A DNA stretch of 63,827 nt, filler included, from 8 parts of 8 records of this genome joined end to end with filler, not necessarily neighbours in it; one strand, 5' to 3'; shown: positions 1 through 13,169, counted from the whole stretch's first letter. Notes: generated from the letters alone by a model not told the origin. A program made the numbers and translations.

Positions 1-130
1 CCCCGACTTTCTAATAAATGTACTTATACATGATTGTACGAGTACTCGTATGCCCATCACACGTACTCCGTAGACTCAGTATCAATCCAACGACACCACA
101 ATAGCTTACTAAACCGAGATGCTCGAGAGA

Positions 131-1859
131 TCACGGTGCGTTGTAACGCTTGGCCTTGTTCTCGGCGCTGTGCATCGGACTCATCTTGGTCAGATGGCTC
201 CGACTGTTGAACGAGTTCGGATCGAGCGGCGCATCCGAGTCGAGCGAGCACCTGTTAGTCTCTGCCTGCCCGTCCATCTCGGGAGGAGGAGCTCCTATCA
301 GATCCTCGAGCGCTTCAAGCTTGGGGAAGCCTAGCTCGGCCTGGCTCACCATCCGCCGGCCGACTGCCACCGCGCCCGCCCAGAGCAGCACACAAGGTAT
401 CAGCCCGGCCTCGCCCGTGTAAAACGACCAGCGCCATGCACGCGCGCTGTGCTCGCCGCCGGTGGCGTCTCTGACCGCGCCCATGATCACGTTGGAGGGG
501 ACGTCGCCGAGCAGGTGGATGATCACTGTGCTCATGGCCATGGCAAACTCCTGTAGCTCGGGTTCGACACACCACATGCACGCGTAGTTGCACGCAGTGG
601 TGGTGCAGAGCAGCACGGCCATTGCGGTGAGTAACGAGCCGAAGAAGGCGACCTTCTCGGTCATCTCGGTGGCCAAGATCAGGAAAGGCAGACCGATCAT
701 CACGAAGATAGTGTTCTGCCGGCACGCCACCACAAACCCGCCCAGCCCGACATCGAGCCCCACAATACCGCTGCCCAGACCCGTCAGCCCCGCCCCTGGG
801 GCTCTGGCCGCACCGGTCGAGCAGCTTGCCGCCAACCGCCGTCCCGATCAGCCCGGCCAGGGCGGTGACCGCCCCCATCTCAAGCCCGGCAGTCGTCTTG
901 TTCTTCTCGATTCCAGTGTGCGTCACAAAGTCGATTCCCCAGTAAACTAAGCCCTGCACACGCATCCTCATCCCCCCCCCTGGGCGGCCGGGCACCCCGA
1001 TGCACCAGATGAACGCGGCGTACCCGAGCACTGCCAGCATGTATCGCAGGTTCTTGAACAGGCGGAGGTGCATCAGCAGTTTTTGGCTCGAACTCATCTG
1101 GTCTCCCGAGAGTGCCGCGGCCTCGCGCGCTGCCCGCTTCTCTGAGCGCCGGCCGATCGGGGCGAAGAACGAGAGTATGGCCAGTGGGGCCATCACCAGC
1201 GCCTCAAGGAAGAAAGGGCCGCGCCACCAGCCGGCCGATGACGCAGTCGAGCCTAGCCCGAACCCGACAGCACTCCCGAACGGGACTGCGCAGAAGTAAA
1301 TGGCCAGCCAGAGCCCCCGGTGAGCCTCCGGGGCGATCCTGTTGATGAACGGCGGGGCGATGCACCCGAAGGCGGCCTCGCCCACACCCGATAGCGCCCG
1401 GGCGGTGAGCAGAAGGTAATAGTTCTCCGCGAGGCCTGTGAGCGCGACCGCGGCGCACCAGAGGAGCAGGGTGGCGCAGAGCAGCTTGGCGGAGGAGCAC
1501 CATTTGACCAGCACGGCCGAGACCGGGGATCCGACCATAAACCCGACCATGAAGATGCTCCCCACAAGCCCCAGCCGGGCCCCGGAGAGGCACCGGTCGT
1601 GGTGCTCGGTCTTGCCGGAGATGGTGACCTCGCACGGGCGGGCGGAGGGCACCCCGCCGGTCACCTCGGTCTTGATGTTGTCCAGCACCCCACTCACTAG
1701 GTACCGGTCAGTGTAGTTCAGCAAGTTGATCAGTGTCAGCAGCGTGAGCAGCACCCGCGGCCGGAACAGCTTGTCGCGCCAGTCCAGCGGCCGGGCAATC
1801 GCCGGGATCTCTTTGTAATCGGACTCGCCGGCGTCGGCCGGCGGCTCCGGCTCGGGCAT
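131..1859 (-). CDS. Spinster-family MFS transporter (2 short introns)
   Basis: Motifs LINLLNYTDRYLVSGVL, ARALSGVGEAAF..IAPPFI, IHLLGDVPS. A 43-nt GT-AG intron joins ORF 315..1859 to ORF 131..835. Confidence 0.9.
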
Positions 1860-2058
1860 CGGAGCAGGCCGTCAGCTGTCCGTCAAATGCTGGCCGTCTG
1901 TGGTCCAGAGGGCTTTCTGCCCTTTGGCCTCCTGTTCCGTTGGTGTGAATAAATCAAAAAGAGAGAGTAAATCGAGAAAAAGAGAAATCCAGAAATATCG
2001 TTATGTAAAGTAGCCCAAGCGAGCGCAGGCTGTTAGAGCAAAGGCGCCATACAAGCGG

Positions 2059-2698
2059 ATGTCGAGGATGTACGCAGGAGGATACGGATACCCCGCTCCG
2101 GGGTTCGGGGGATACGGCCACCACGGCCACCCGTACGGCGGCCCCGGCTTCATCCACCCGGAGGAGGTGTCCAAGATCCAGGCGGCCGAGATGGAGGCCG
2201 AGAAGAAGGCTTTTGAGGAGGGTAAGAAGTACCATGAGAGCCAAGTCGCGGCGGCCCAGAAGGCACACGAGGACGGGGCGAAGGCATGGGAGGCGCACAT
2301 GGCCGCCGAGAAGAAGGCCTACGAAGAGCATCTGACGGCGCACGAGAAGGCGGCCAAGGAACATCATGTCGCCCATGAGGAGATGATGTGCAAGCAGATG
2401 GAGATGATGGAGAAGCAGAACTCGGCCGCGTACACCGGGGGGCAAATGCCAGGCTACTCGTACCCCGGCTGCCCCGGATACGGATACCCGGCCACCAGCC
2501 ACGCCACACCAGGCTACGGCAACCCCGCCACCAGCTACGGTTACCCCGGCTATGGCTACCAGCATCAGGTGCGATCTACGGGCCCCGGCCCGGGGACTGA
2601 GTCTTGCTTGTTGACAGACCGCCGCCAGCTCAAGCTGCACCCCGGCCACGGCCTTCCCTAATAGCCCATACTCGCGGGGATGCACCTCGTACTACTAG
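2059..2698 (+). CDS. Gly/Tyr/Pro-rich protein with central helical repeats, function unknown
   Basis: ATG 2059; probable GT-AG intron 2569-2617; stop TAG 2696-2698; GC-rich coding-like sequence. Confidence 0.65.
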
Positions 2699-2946
2699 GC
2701 TCTCTACATCAGCCAACACCTCCAATCAAAACTCTAAGCTTCTACATCTTCAATGCGGTCAACACTTGTCTTTGGTTCGGTCCGGATTAGCATTCTACCC
2801 TCGACGCGGATGCCTGTATAATTGATCATCACCCTTCCGATCAATGGGATCAATAAAGTGTAAAAGTGCCTGCGACTCAAGTTCAAAAATCCGATTATTA
2901 GAGCACAAAGGATTCTTAGTCTTGTTTTATAGAAGCTGTATCGGGT

Positions 2947-5900
2947 CTAGACCTCGCCGAAACCCGTCGCCGCAAATTCTACTGCTGTCTTTAGCTTTGC
3001 GCACATTTGATCGATCGACGTGTAAGCCGGAATCTCTATCTGATTGAAACACGCATGCACCATTGGCATCGCCTCCGGGCTGCTGCTCCCGCTCGATAGC
3101 TTGAACTGCGGCCGCAGCACCGCAAATCCTGCAGCCGGCTCAGCTGCTCAGCGGCTAGGCTAGGGCCACCGGTGGCAGGAGGTCTCTTGGATCCAGTGAC
3201 GAACTGGAGCATCAGCGATCTTTCTCTGTCATCGAACCGATCTTTCATAATCTTCCAGAACCACTTGGCGATCTTGCTGTCGCACTCCACAGTGGTGCAC
3301 TTCTTGAGCGCCCCCACATCGTCCCGGGTCATCACTGGCTGACCGCACAACATAGCCTCGAGCGCTCTAGGCGACAGCTCCGAAATAGCCTCGGCCGGCA
3401 CTACACAGTGAAACCCGTTGCTGAACGCTTGGAGCGCCCGCTCCCGCGACTGGCTCACGTGGAATCGGGCCAGCGCGTTGAGGAACTCTTCTCGGTCAGC
3501 CAGTGTCACAGGCTTGTCTGAGCCGGAGGGCACGAGAGGCAGCTGTCTCTGCCCGAGATAGTCGTGTGAGATTTCAGCCTCCCAGACTAGGCAGCACACG
3601 TCCTCTATGTAGTCGTCTGTGACCTCCTGGCGGTCGGTGATGTTGCCCTGTCCGTCTCGGACCAGCCCATGAAGCGTGTCCCACATGTTGCTGGCTGTGA
3701 CAGGACAGATCTGCTTGTAATCGGTGAACTCAACCGCACACGAAGGGTCAAGCAAGTACTTGTAAACAAACGGGGCAAACTGGGCCCCTATTTGTATCCC
3801 CCTGTAAAGGCAGTACCCGACGAATGTGCCCGCGAACTTGTAACGCATCCACGCATCGCCTTCGCAGTCGATTATATCTGCCCAAACCAGCTGTCAGGGC
3901 GCGCCCAGCCAGAGGTTGATCAACCGTTGATCATGTCTCGCTCAAAGAAGTAGGTCATGCTCTGAATGTTCCTCTGAGTGTCCGGCTCGACCAAATTGAA
4001 CAGCCGGACCATCGGATGGAACAAATCAGCGCACACAATCCCGGCCCACTCGCGGGTGAGGGCGCCGTAATCCATGCCTTCTTCGCCTTCGAACTTGATG
4101 CACAGGCCTTGCAGCCACTCGTCTTTCCAATGGAAGCTCTTTTGATACGAAGCCTCAAACGTCCGAGGCAAGCCTGCACTCCACTCAGACAAGCCCGGCC
4201 GATGAGGCTCACCGAGAGAGCATTCGCCGTCGGCAGCCTGGTCTACAGCCTGGGATCGTGGCACTTGGAAGTCGTGACAGCCTGCCCTAGCGGTGCCGTC
4301 CTCTGCAATATCGTTGGCTTGCTTAACTTCAAGCATCCGTTCCTGCACCTTGGCGATCGCCTGCAGCTGAGCTCGATCCAGCGAGAATCGCTGCTCCGCG
4401 GCGGCCGCCGGCCCTTTGTTGATCTCTTGAATGGCTTCTGCGACCAGCTGGTCGTCCATCTCCAGTTTGTTCTCCTTCTGAGCGATCTGATGAAGCACCT
4501 GCCGTGCGTGCACCAGACTGCACCCGGTCGCTTCAATGACCCGCTGCGCCGCCGAAGTCCGACCTGTCCCCCATCCATCAAGCTCAGGCCATTGCGCGGC
4601 CCGGCACCAGCCTCGGCGGGCGCGCCGTCGCTCATTGCGACCGTCCTCGTCGGCAGTGAACCCTCCGACACAAGCTGGCGCTGCAGTTGTCTGAGCTCCT
4701 GCTTGGCCAGCAGGATATTCCCGTTGTGCTTCTGGAGCACCTCGCGCGTCTGCTCTCGGGGCATACCGATCACAGCCACCAAAGCGTCCTCGGTGGAGCG
4801 GCAAAGCAGCCTCTCGTCGTGGTTGAGGCCTGGCCAGCACACCGTGAGCTCTGCGCAGCCGGATGGGCACCGGACGCTGGCAAGCTGCCAGTGGCTACTA
4901 GTGTGGATAGATCGTTGATCAGACCTGACCAAGCCTCAGAGCTGGGCTACACAACCCGCCACCATCTTCCTGCAGAGACGAGCCGTACCGCCTGTACGCC
5001 TCAGCGCACCCCAGCCTCAGGCTTTGCTGGGCGCCACAGATGATCTAAGCCCCAGCTCACTCGCAGCGCGGCCCGAGCACTGTCACCTCGAACAGCATTT
5101 CCTCCACAAAGTCGCCTTGGAGCAGCATCCATACAATGCTCGGGTCCACACTCAGCCCTGGCACCGCTTGGCCCTGCACAGTCCGCTTGGCAAGCTGCTC
5201 AAACTCGGCTCGGGAGATCATCCAGCGCCCATCGTCGTGCTCAGGCTTCTGTTCCTGATGCGACCGGACCTGCTGGGCCAACTCTTCCAACTTGCCAGAG
5301 TGCTGCTGGTCGGCGGCGGTGACTAGCATCATCAAACGGAACACGACTTCTTGCCAGTCAGCTTTGTCGGTCCCGGCCATGCATTGCTCGTCAAACTGAG
5401 CGAGCAGCGCCTCGATCTGGTCATCAAACATGCTCGGGCTGCAAGGCGAGTCTGACTGGACGCTCTGCTCCGAGTCACGCTTAGTGTCAATCCTCGTGAG
5501 CTGCGGGTGCTCTTCTTGCTTGACTAGCTGACTCCTGCACCGGCTCACGGCGGCTGGGGCGGGCGGGACCTCGAGTAGTATTCGAAGTCCTCGGATTGCG
5601 ACCGGTACACCTTGAACCGATCGTTGTCTGGATTGTACTCAACCACCAACCCCTGCTCGGAAGAAAGTAACCCCGTCAGAATCAGCACCTGATCCCCCTC
5701 CCGAAGCTCCTCAAAATCCGACTCTCGGCTGTTGACCCTCGACAGCGACGCCGGTGCAGCCTGCTGCTGGCTGGCCGCCTGATCCGGCTCTACGAGAGTG
5801 AACGTGCACGCATCTTCCACGCTCCGCCGCCACATGATGGCACGGCTGCCGCCACTGCTGGCACAGCTCACGAACGAGCCTCGTGGCACCTGCCGGTGTG

Positions 5901-7603
5901 TAAAGCAAGCTCGATTCAGCGGGGCAGCGCACGTTGTCGTGAGTCGAGCTCACCACCTGGACCAGCTTGCCTTTGCAGCCCGGGGGGGACGGACTGGCCA
6001 CGGGGAACAACGCCTCATTCTGCCAAGCAATCTCAGCCACAGATCGCCCGGCCGGCAGCTATCAGCCACAAAGCACCTGGATGCGAAACACCGCAGGTGG
6101 ATCCGACTCGCTGATTCCGAATCCACCGTCCTGCTTGCTCGCCACCCAGGCGCCCTCCGGCACATTCGGGGTGCCCGCGGCCACGTGCAGCGTGCACTCC
6201 CGGAAGGTGAGATCTGAGAAGGTGGCCTCCGGCTTGGCCTTGACCACCAACCTGAGCGCATCCTCGGCCGACTTAGTGAACGAGGCCGCCAGCGTCCTGT
6301 TGGCCTTGACGTAGACCCACCTGGCGTGCAGCCGCTCCGGGTTCTGCTTGCACGCTGCAAACTGCATCAGCACAGTGCGCTGCTCCTCGCCTGGAGCCTC
6401 CGGAGCGGTTGAGTCTGGCACGGGCTCTTGGCTGGGCTGGGGCGCTTCGAGTTGAATCGTGTCCTCAGCGCCCATCGAGTCCACCAGCTCGGGGCTGATA
6501 CTAGCGAGTGGTACGCCGCCCGTTTCGAGAGGGCCCGGGTGTTTCTGGGTGCCGTCTTGACTCTTGATGCTAACCCAAGAGCCATCGACTGGACTATTGG
6601 TCAGCTGCCCGATCCGCCTGAGCAGCCTCGCCAGCTGCTGGCCGCTGCACGGCCGGCCCGGCAGCTGGACTGTAGCCTGGCCTCGCTGCCACCGGAGCAA
6701 GACTGGCCGCTGACCAGCCGGCTGGGCAGGTGGAGGAGGCCCAGGGTCAGCTCTTCTGATGTTATCCTGCTCTGTAAAGGGCAGTTTCACCGGCAGAGCC
6801 CCGGCCTGATCGAGCCGCACGGTGTACAGCACCGGCTCGATTACGTCAGCCGCGGTGGCCGCCCTGTACCTGGCTACATCTATCACCTCGAGGTGCTGCA
6901 ACAGCTTGCCCGGAACCCACTGGCCATCCACCAGCGCCTCCACCCTCGCTCCCGACTTGATTGGGCCCACCCGGCGGACCGAGGCCTCCGACCGCGCATA
7001 GCAGTCGGAGGATGACTCGGCCAATTGCACCGTGTAGCACATTGAACCGCCCTCGAGCACCTGCTTCACCACTCCGCTCTTCCACACCGGCGACTCTGCC
7101 GGCTCTGTGGGGGTGGGCCAGTCGTACGGGTCGCAAGTCTCTCCCACCAGCACCAGCACCGGCTCGCCAGGCTGCAACCGCCCCCGCCGGGCCGCCACCA
7201 GCCACTGGTCCCGGCTGAGTGTGCGCGAGATTGCGCTCGGGGTGCGCAGGTCCTGCCACCACGCGTCCGGCTGGTGAACGTTGTTGAGCACGTAGTTGAG
7301 CGCCGCCTCCATCTGCCCGCCTGCCGGGGCGCTCCCGACGTGGTAGAGCGCCTTGCGCGCCTGTTCAGCGGTGAACCCGAAGTCTTCGGTCAGAGCTGCC
7401 CACACCGCCTCCTGCCCCGGGCGCGGCCCCGGATGCTGGGTTGAAGGGCCCAGGCAATCCCCGGCGGGCGGCCCGGGCGGCGGGAGGGCCGGCGGGGCAG
7501 GTTGGTCAGCCGGCGCCGAGTCGGACCGGGGCGATCGCGGCAGCGTTGTGTGTCGGTCCATCGTGCCGTACCTGTCCACCGGCGCCGAGTCGAGCCGCGG
7601 CAT
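2947..7603 (-). CDS. HECT E3 ubiquitin ligase with N-terminal UBA-like domain(s), multi-exon
   Basis: IKFEGEEGMDYGALTREW, KWFWKIM, LQFVTGSKRPP. After splicing the C-terminus reads PMVHACFNQIEIPAY...TGFGEV* (catalytic Cys). UBA-like FGFTAEQARKAL...EAALNYVL. Internal exon boundaries are only partly resolved. Confidence 0.8.
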
Positions 7604-7702
7604 TTGTCCGAGGAGCCTTGTGAAGCCGAGCTGCAGAGAGATGACGTTGTTGGCGGTTGGGCGGCGGTTGGGCTGCGGAGTGAAGCTACAGACAAGGACA
7701 GC

Positions 7703-8751
7703 ATGGGCAACTGCAAAGCCAAGGACGCTGAGGAGGGCGGGGCCGGGCACGATGTGGAGGACACCCCGCCCCGACCAGCCACCGCAAAGACCGCGCCGGC
7801 CGCCGGAGAGCCGACCAAGTTCGTTGTGAGCAGCAAGGCCAATAAGATCCCCGCGGAACCTGCGGGGAACACGCAAGCGAAGGAACCGGATTACACCCAG
7901 CTGCTTCAGGTGGTCAACGTGAAGGACACCTGTGTGCTGATCCCATCGATCGGCCTCCGGGTGTGCAAAGAGGACGTCCCCGGCCAGAACCCTGTGCCGA
8001 TGCTCCGGACCAAGGCAGGGATGAAGGTAGCAGCCGCGGTGCACACGCACCTGCAGTCCGGACCAGGCTGGTCGCCGGCGCTGCTGGCCGAGGCCGGCAA
8101 ATGCGAGGCGTATGTACACAAGGACACGGTGACTCTCTCGCTAGGGCCAGACGTGCCCGCGGTGCAGTACCTGTGTCCGGGGCCGAATTTCACGGGACCG
8201 GAGAGCAACCCGGAGGCCGTGCCGGGGATGCTCGGGGTGCAGCTGTCGCCCAGCGCCAAGCAGACTGGACTCAAGTTCTCCGTCCTACCAATGGAGAGCC
8301 CAGCAGAATCGACTGCGCAGCCGCCCAACGAGCCAGCGGCGGCCGCGATGCCCGAACAGCCAGCGGAGTCGGCTGCGGCGTCCAAGCCCAAGCCGAAGTC
8401 GAGCGAGGATCTGGAGAAGCTGAGGGCCAAGTTCCACGAGCTGGGCGTGATGCTCGACAATAACAAGGACGGGTATATTCAGCCCGAGGAGCTGTCCATG
8501 ATGGGGCGGGAGCTGGAGGGGCTCGCGGAGGGCAGCCCGGAGTGGGACAAGCTGCTCGAGATGCACATCATCGACAGGGACAAGGGCGGCCGGCTGTCGG
8601 TTGAAGAGTTTGTGCTGATGTGCCTGGATAACACGGAGGACTTTTGGGAGGCGGGCCAGGATGCGCTGGCGGTCGCGCAGAAGGAAATTGAGTTGCTCAA
8701 GCAGCGGCGCAAGCTGTCCGTAGACCCCGTCGCCTCGGTCGCGTTCAGACG
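7703..8751 (+). CDS. N-acylated EF-hand protein, 3' partial
   Basis: Starts MGNC (myristoylation/palmitoylation-type N-terminus); EF loops DNNKDGYIQPEE and DRDKGGRLSVEE; runs into the spacer. Confidence 0.75.
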
Positions 8752-8851
8752 NNNNNNNNNNNNNNNNNNNNNNNNNNNNNNNNNNNNNNNNNNNNTTAAT
8801 TAATTAANNNNNNNNNNNNNNNNNNNNNNNNNNNNNNNNNNNNNNNNNNNN
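8752..8851. other. Artificial contig spacer (also 14539-14638, 23731-23830, 32033-32132, 36948-37047, 43126-43225, 60684-60783)
   Basis: Seven identical 100-nt N-runs, each with a central TTAATTAATTAA (stop in all six frames). Confidence 0.98.
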
Positions 8852-10269
8852 GCTACCACCGAGCCACTCAGCTGATTGCCTACGTTTGGTCCTGGCTCAC
8901 TGGTCACGGCCTCGAATACAGGGCTGTTGCGCCAGCGGACGCCTTGGGCGGGCGAGACTTCCAGCACCACATTCACATCCTTCTCGAGCACGACATCCGC
9001 CTGGTTTGCGCCGCCGCTGCTCTTGGGACTGCCACCCACAACAACCTCTCGAGGCCGCACAGCCTCCGCTGCAGTGTGGCTGCCTGGGCTGTCGAATCGG
9101 CTCGGCGGCAGGTACGGCAGGCTAGCTGCTGGCTGGCCCATCCCCATCGCCTGATCGAGCTCATCCTTGGCTGAGTCAAACTTGGATCGCGCTGCCTCGC
9201 TAATCAGCTGCGATTCCTTCACTTCAGCCTCGATAGCCGCCGGCGTCTTTGGCGAGCCCTCCAGGCGGTCCTGGCTGTGCCCGGCAGCTCGATCCTGCTG
9301 AGGAGGGGACATGAAGCGCGATGCCTGGAGGAGTTCCTCTGCCTCGCGCGCGCTCTCTTGCTGACGCTGCACTGCTGTAGCCACGGTGTCCACCACTCGC
9401 TGCTCTGCAGCGTGCCCCCCGCTCGCACCGCCGCCAGAATCGACCGACTGCGGCTCCGGGGACTTCGCTGGCGACTCAGACTTGGCGAGCATCCTCGCTG
9501 CGGCAAGCGCCAGAGAGACCTCCGGTGCCGCGGCCACCTGAGCTGTGGGCGAGCCTAGCCCGATCGCCCGGCTCCTGGCCGCGGCGGCCTCGGCCTCGGC
9601 CCGCTTGGCGGCGGCCAGGTGCTCATCGACCTTCCTGCGCGCCGCGGCCGACTCTTGCTCGGCCTTCTTTTTGGCGGCCAGGTGCTCCTCCACCTTCCTC
9701 TTGGCCGCAGCGGCCTCTTCCTCTGCCTGCTGCCGGGCCAGCGCGTACTGCTCGGCCGTCCGCCGGGCCAACACCGCCTGCTCGGCCGCTGTTTGGCTTT
9801 TGACCTGCTCCTGGACCACTCGGTCGTTGAAAAGCTTCTCGGCCTCCAGGTGCTCCTGGGCCGCTTCCTGTTCGGTCGCCCGAATCCTCGCCACGGTCGC
9901 CGCACGCTCTTGCCGGGCCCGCTCCTCGGCCGCCGCATTGGCCTCGGCCTGCTTCCGCGCCGCCTCGGCCCGCTCGGCTTCGCGCTTCTCGGCGGCAGCG
10001 GTAGCCTCGGCCACGTTCACCGACAGGGCCGGTGTGAGCAGCGAGCGGGGGTAGGCTTGCTTGACCAGGTCGGTCTCCACCTCCGGGTGCCGCAGCGCGC
10101 TGAGCCCCGACCCGCGCGAGCCCAGCTGCGAGATGGCTGCCTCTTGCTGGCGCGAGCTCCAGGCCTGGGCCGTCTGGTCCACGATGGCCGGCTGCTCGCG
10201 CAGCGGCCGGTTGCGCACGCACCCGCGCTCTTGCCACTCGGGGGCCGACAAGCTGTTGGGGGTGGGCAT
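8852..10269 (-). CDS. Ala/Glu/Arg-rich coiled-coil protein, 3' partial
   Basis: Open frame from ATG 10269 with repeated AAAKRKVEEHLAAKK-type units; divergent from the next gene. Confidence 0.6.
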
Positions 10270-10418
10270 GAGAGCTGCTTGTGACTCCTTCGCCGCGGTG
10301 GCCTGCCCGGTCCGCTTGGCGAACCTAGCCTCTCTCCGGCAATTCGAAGCCGAAGGTGCCGTTTGAAATCCGTTAATCGCTCGGGGGAGCCGACAGATTC
10401 GTGCCGCCAGCAGTGCAC

Positions 10419-13169
10419 ATGGAGCCGGATGTCGCGGGCATGATCATGGCCGAGCACGTTGCGGTGTACATCCCGGACGCGGCGAGCCTGCTGTTGGTCA
10501 GCCTGAGCTGCCGGCATTGGCGCCAAGAGTATTTCCACGAAGCCGTCCTGCAGCGCTGGCTCAACGCGAGGCTGTTCGGAGTCCCCAAACCGCCCTTGCA
10601 CGGGCCGCCCCAGCCCGCGCTACACGCCTTGCGACGCCGAGTCGGGCTCCAGAAGCTGAGTGCGACGCAAAAGCCGTGCAAGCGCATCAAGGCGGCGGGC
10701 TTCTCAAGGAGAATTTGCACGGTCGGAGGGGTGGTGGTGGTGGGAAGTATGGACGGAGATGCTAGAGTTTACGACCCCTATCACGGCTACCAGAGGTGCG
10801 CCGGCAGGAGCCACATGGCCGGCGCACTGGCAGCCCCGATGGGTCGTAAACTCAAGGGGGACGTATCTGCGTTGACTTGTATCGGCGACCAGAGCGTGCT
10901 CGTGGGGACGGACGCGGGTGAAGTCGCAGTCTGGGATCTGAGGGCGGAGCCCCAACTGGCCACGTGCATGCAAAAGCTGCCCGAGCAAGAGGCTGGCTGG
11001 GGTGGCGGCTGGGGTCTGAGTGACGATGAAGATGCTCAGGAGGAGTGGGTCATGCCAGTGGCCGGTGCGCCAGCATTTCAGGACCGGGCAGCCCCTGGGA
11101 GGTGCTCAGGGTGCTGCGCCGTGCTGCTTCAGGACGGGAGAGAGGCAATTGTTGCGACATTTGAGGAATGGCGATCAGAAGATTCAACAATCATGGTATG
11201 GCAACCTTGCCCCAAACACGACGAGCCGGGTTGGAGTGAGTATATCCGCGCAGCAAAAGCGCGAGTGATGGCCAGGGCTGACGAAGAAGATATTTTAGGA
11301 ATAATGTTCGCATGTAGGACAGGTGAGCTCCATGCTGCGACTGTACTCGGTGCTGTCAAGTGGGACCAAACGCTGCTCGCATGTGCTGCTATCAAAGGGA
11401 ACATATTCGCTGTGTCAAGCAGCACCGGTCAAATCACGCTGATGAAGTGCGAGCTGCTTGGGAAAGAGCTTGAAGCAACACAGATTGCTGACATGCAGAT
11501 GTCAAGCGCCACTGACGGTGGTGACGAGCCAAGCTCGGGGATGCTGCTAGCTGCTGAAGGCCGTTTACTCGCCGCAGCAAGCTGGTCTAGCTCGATCGTT
11601 GATGTTTGGAATGTGAGCTGCCCAACAAGCCCAGTCAAGGTGATGAGCATCAACCAGGAAGCGACTCGAAGTGTCTCGATTCTGCGGTTGTGCGATGGAC
11701 TTGTGATTGGCGGTGATGAGCCCGGGCGAGTATTTGTTGCCGATCCATTCTCTGGTGCAGTGCACACAACGAAGCTATCCACAGATTCGATGCCCAGTGA
11801 TGGTGATATAGTGCTCTCTGATTTATGTGTGAGCTCAAAGTATCTGGTTGGATGTTTCAATGCCGAGAGTACCGTAATCCACTTCTACGACTTGGGCACT
11901 AGTGCTGCGCACGATGGCTCAAGGGTCCTTGCAGAAGCGCGACGAGAGATAGTGAGGAAGGAACGTCAGCAGCACATGCAAACGTGCCACGGGGATGATT
12001 ACACCGAGGAAGAATCAGATGAGGAGATGGACGACTCACTCTCTGACATTGGCGACACCCGCTTCACAGGGATGTCTGTCATACCGATTGAAGGTGCTGA
12101 GTACAATGACACTGCATTGGTGGCCAAGCGCTTATCGACAGGTCAGGACGTGGTGATCGGATGTGAAGTGTGGGATCAAGCCTCCTTGGCTAAGCTCAGC
12201 ACACTGGAAAAGCCATATCCAACAAGGATGGCATCTGTAGCGGGCTACGACTTGCTGCTGTGTGCAAGCCATGGAACATTGCAACTGCTCTCGCTTCCAG
12301 ATGGCACAAAACGAGGAGAGATCACGCTGCCGGGGCTGAATACGGATGAAGACAAGCCATGGAATGACGAACACGTGAAAATGTTGTCAGCCTCGGCGGA
12401 CCGGCCGCAAGCTCTGGCTCTCACACAGCGCAAGATTTTCCTCATTACTGTCAGCCCTGGATCTGCACATGCGCTCAACGCCCGGCTTTGCATTGATTTG
12501 GACCAAAGCAGCGATTTTGCCCAGAGATTCCCAGAAACAGATGGTAGATTCGGACGGTCCTTTGGTCCTGCTGTTCTCTGGCACAACGATGGCAATCCTG
12601 TTGCCGTAATAGCCTCCTATGATGATCATGCGACTATCCACTTCATCACGCTCAGCAACCAATGTGTCGCAAGCAGGGCTGTTGTCATGCACAAACCCAG
12701 GCCTACATATGTAGACGACAAAGCTTTGGTGGGTGATCTGAAGATATGGAGGCCTGACCTGTGCGACCATTCTCAAGACATGTTAGTATCTGTTGGGTCC
12801 GGCGGAAAGCTGTGCATAACAGCCATGGCAGGGGACAAGGACGTGGAAGCTTCGTGGAGGGTTACCAAGACAAATACCACGATGTGCCACGGGCTTGCGA
12901 TCTGCAGTTCCATGAATCTGGCATTCACCTTCTCGCACGGTGAGAACCGAGGCTTGTGGTGGGATTTGACGTCGAAACAACCTATATATAAGCAGGAGCC
13001 GCTGGGCGAGGAGTACCGACCAGGTAAGTTTACAGTGTTTCGCTGTGAATTTACTGCTGATGATACTGGATCGGTGGTGTTTGTCAACTCCAATGACTGT
13101 GAGGCTCCCACAACCGTGATGCTGAAGCCTATGCTCCTCGAGGAGGCAAGCGATGGCTCTGATGTTTGA
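10419..13169 (+). CDS. WD40/beta-propeller repeat protein, intronless (~916 aa)
   Basis: Long ORF with WD-like ends (VGSMDGDARVYD, VGTDAGEVAVWD, IVDVWN, IHFYD, LWWD). Confidence 0.7.
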   Translation: MEPDVAGMIMAEHVAVYIPDAASLLLVSLSCRHWRQEYFHEAVLQRWLNARLFGVPKPPLHGPPQPALHALRRRVGLQKLSATQKPCKRIKAAGFSRRICTVGGVVVVGSMDGDARVYDPYHGYQRCAGRSHMAGALAAPMGRKLKGDVSALTCIGDQSVLVGTDAGEVAVWDLRAEPQLATCMQKLPEQEAGWGGGWGLSDDEDAQEEWVMPVAGAPAFQDRAAPGRCSGCCAVLLQDGREAIVATFEEWRSEDSTIMVWQPCPKHDEPGWSEYIRAAKARVMARADEEDILGIMFACRTGELHAATVLGAVKWDQTLLACAAIKGNIFAVSSSTGQITLMKCELLGKELEATQIADMQMSSATDGGDEPSSGMLLAAEGRLLAAASWSSSIVDVWNVSCPTSPVKVMSINQEATRSVSILRLCDGLVIGGDEPGRVFVADPFSGAVHTTKLSTDSMPSDGDIVLSDLCVSSKYLVGCFNAESTVIHFYDLGTSAAHDGSRVLAEARREIVRKERQQHMQTCHGDDYTEEESDEEMDDSLSDIGDTRFTGMSVIPIEGAEYNDTALVAKRLSTGQDVVIGCEVWDQASLAKLSTLEKPYPTRMASVAGYDLLLCASHGTLQLLSLPDGTKRGEITLPGLNTDEDKPWNDEHVKMLSASADRPQALALTQRKIFLITVSPGSAHALNARLCIDLDQSSDFAQRFPETDGRFGRSFGPAVLWHNDGNPVAVIASYDDHATIHFITLSNQCVASRAVVMHKPRPTYVDDKALVGDLKIWRPDLCDHSQDMLVSVGSGGKLCITAMAGDKDVEASWRVTKTNTTMCHGLAICSSMNLAFTFSHGENRGLWWDLTSKQPIYKQEPLGEEYRPGKFTVFRCEFTADDTGSVVFVNSNDCEAPTTVMLKPMLLEEASDGSDV

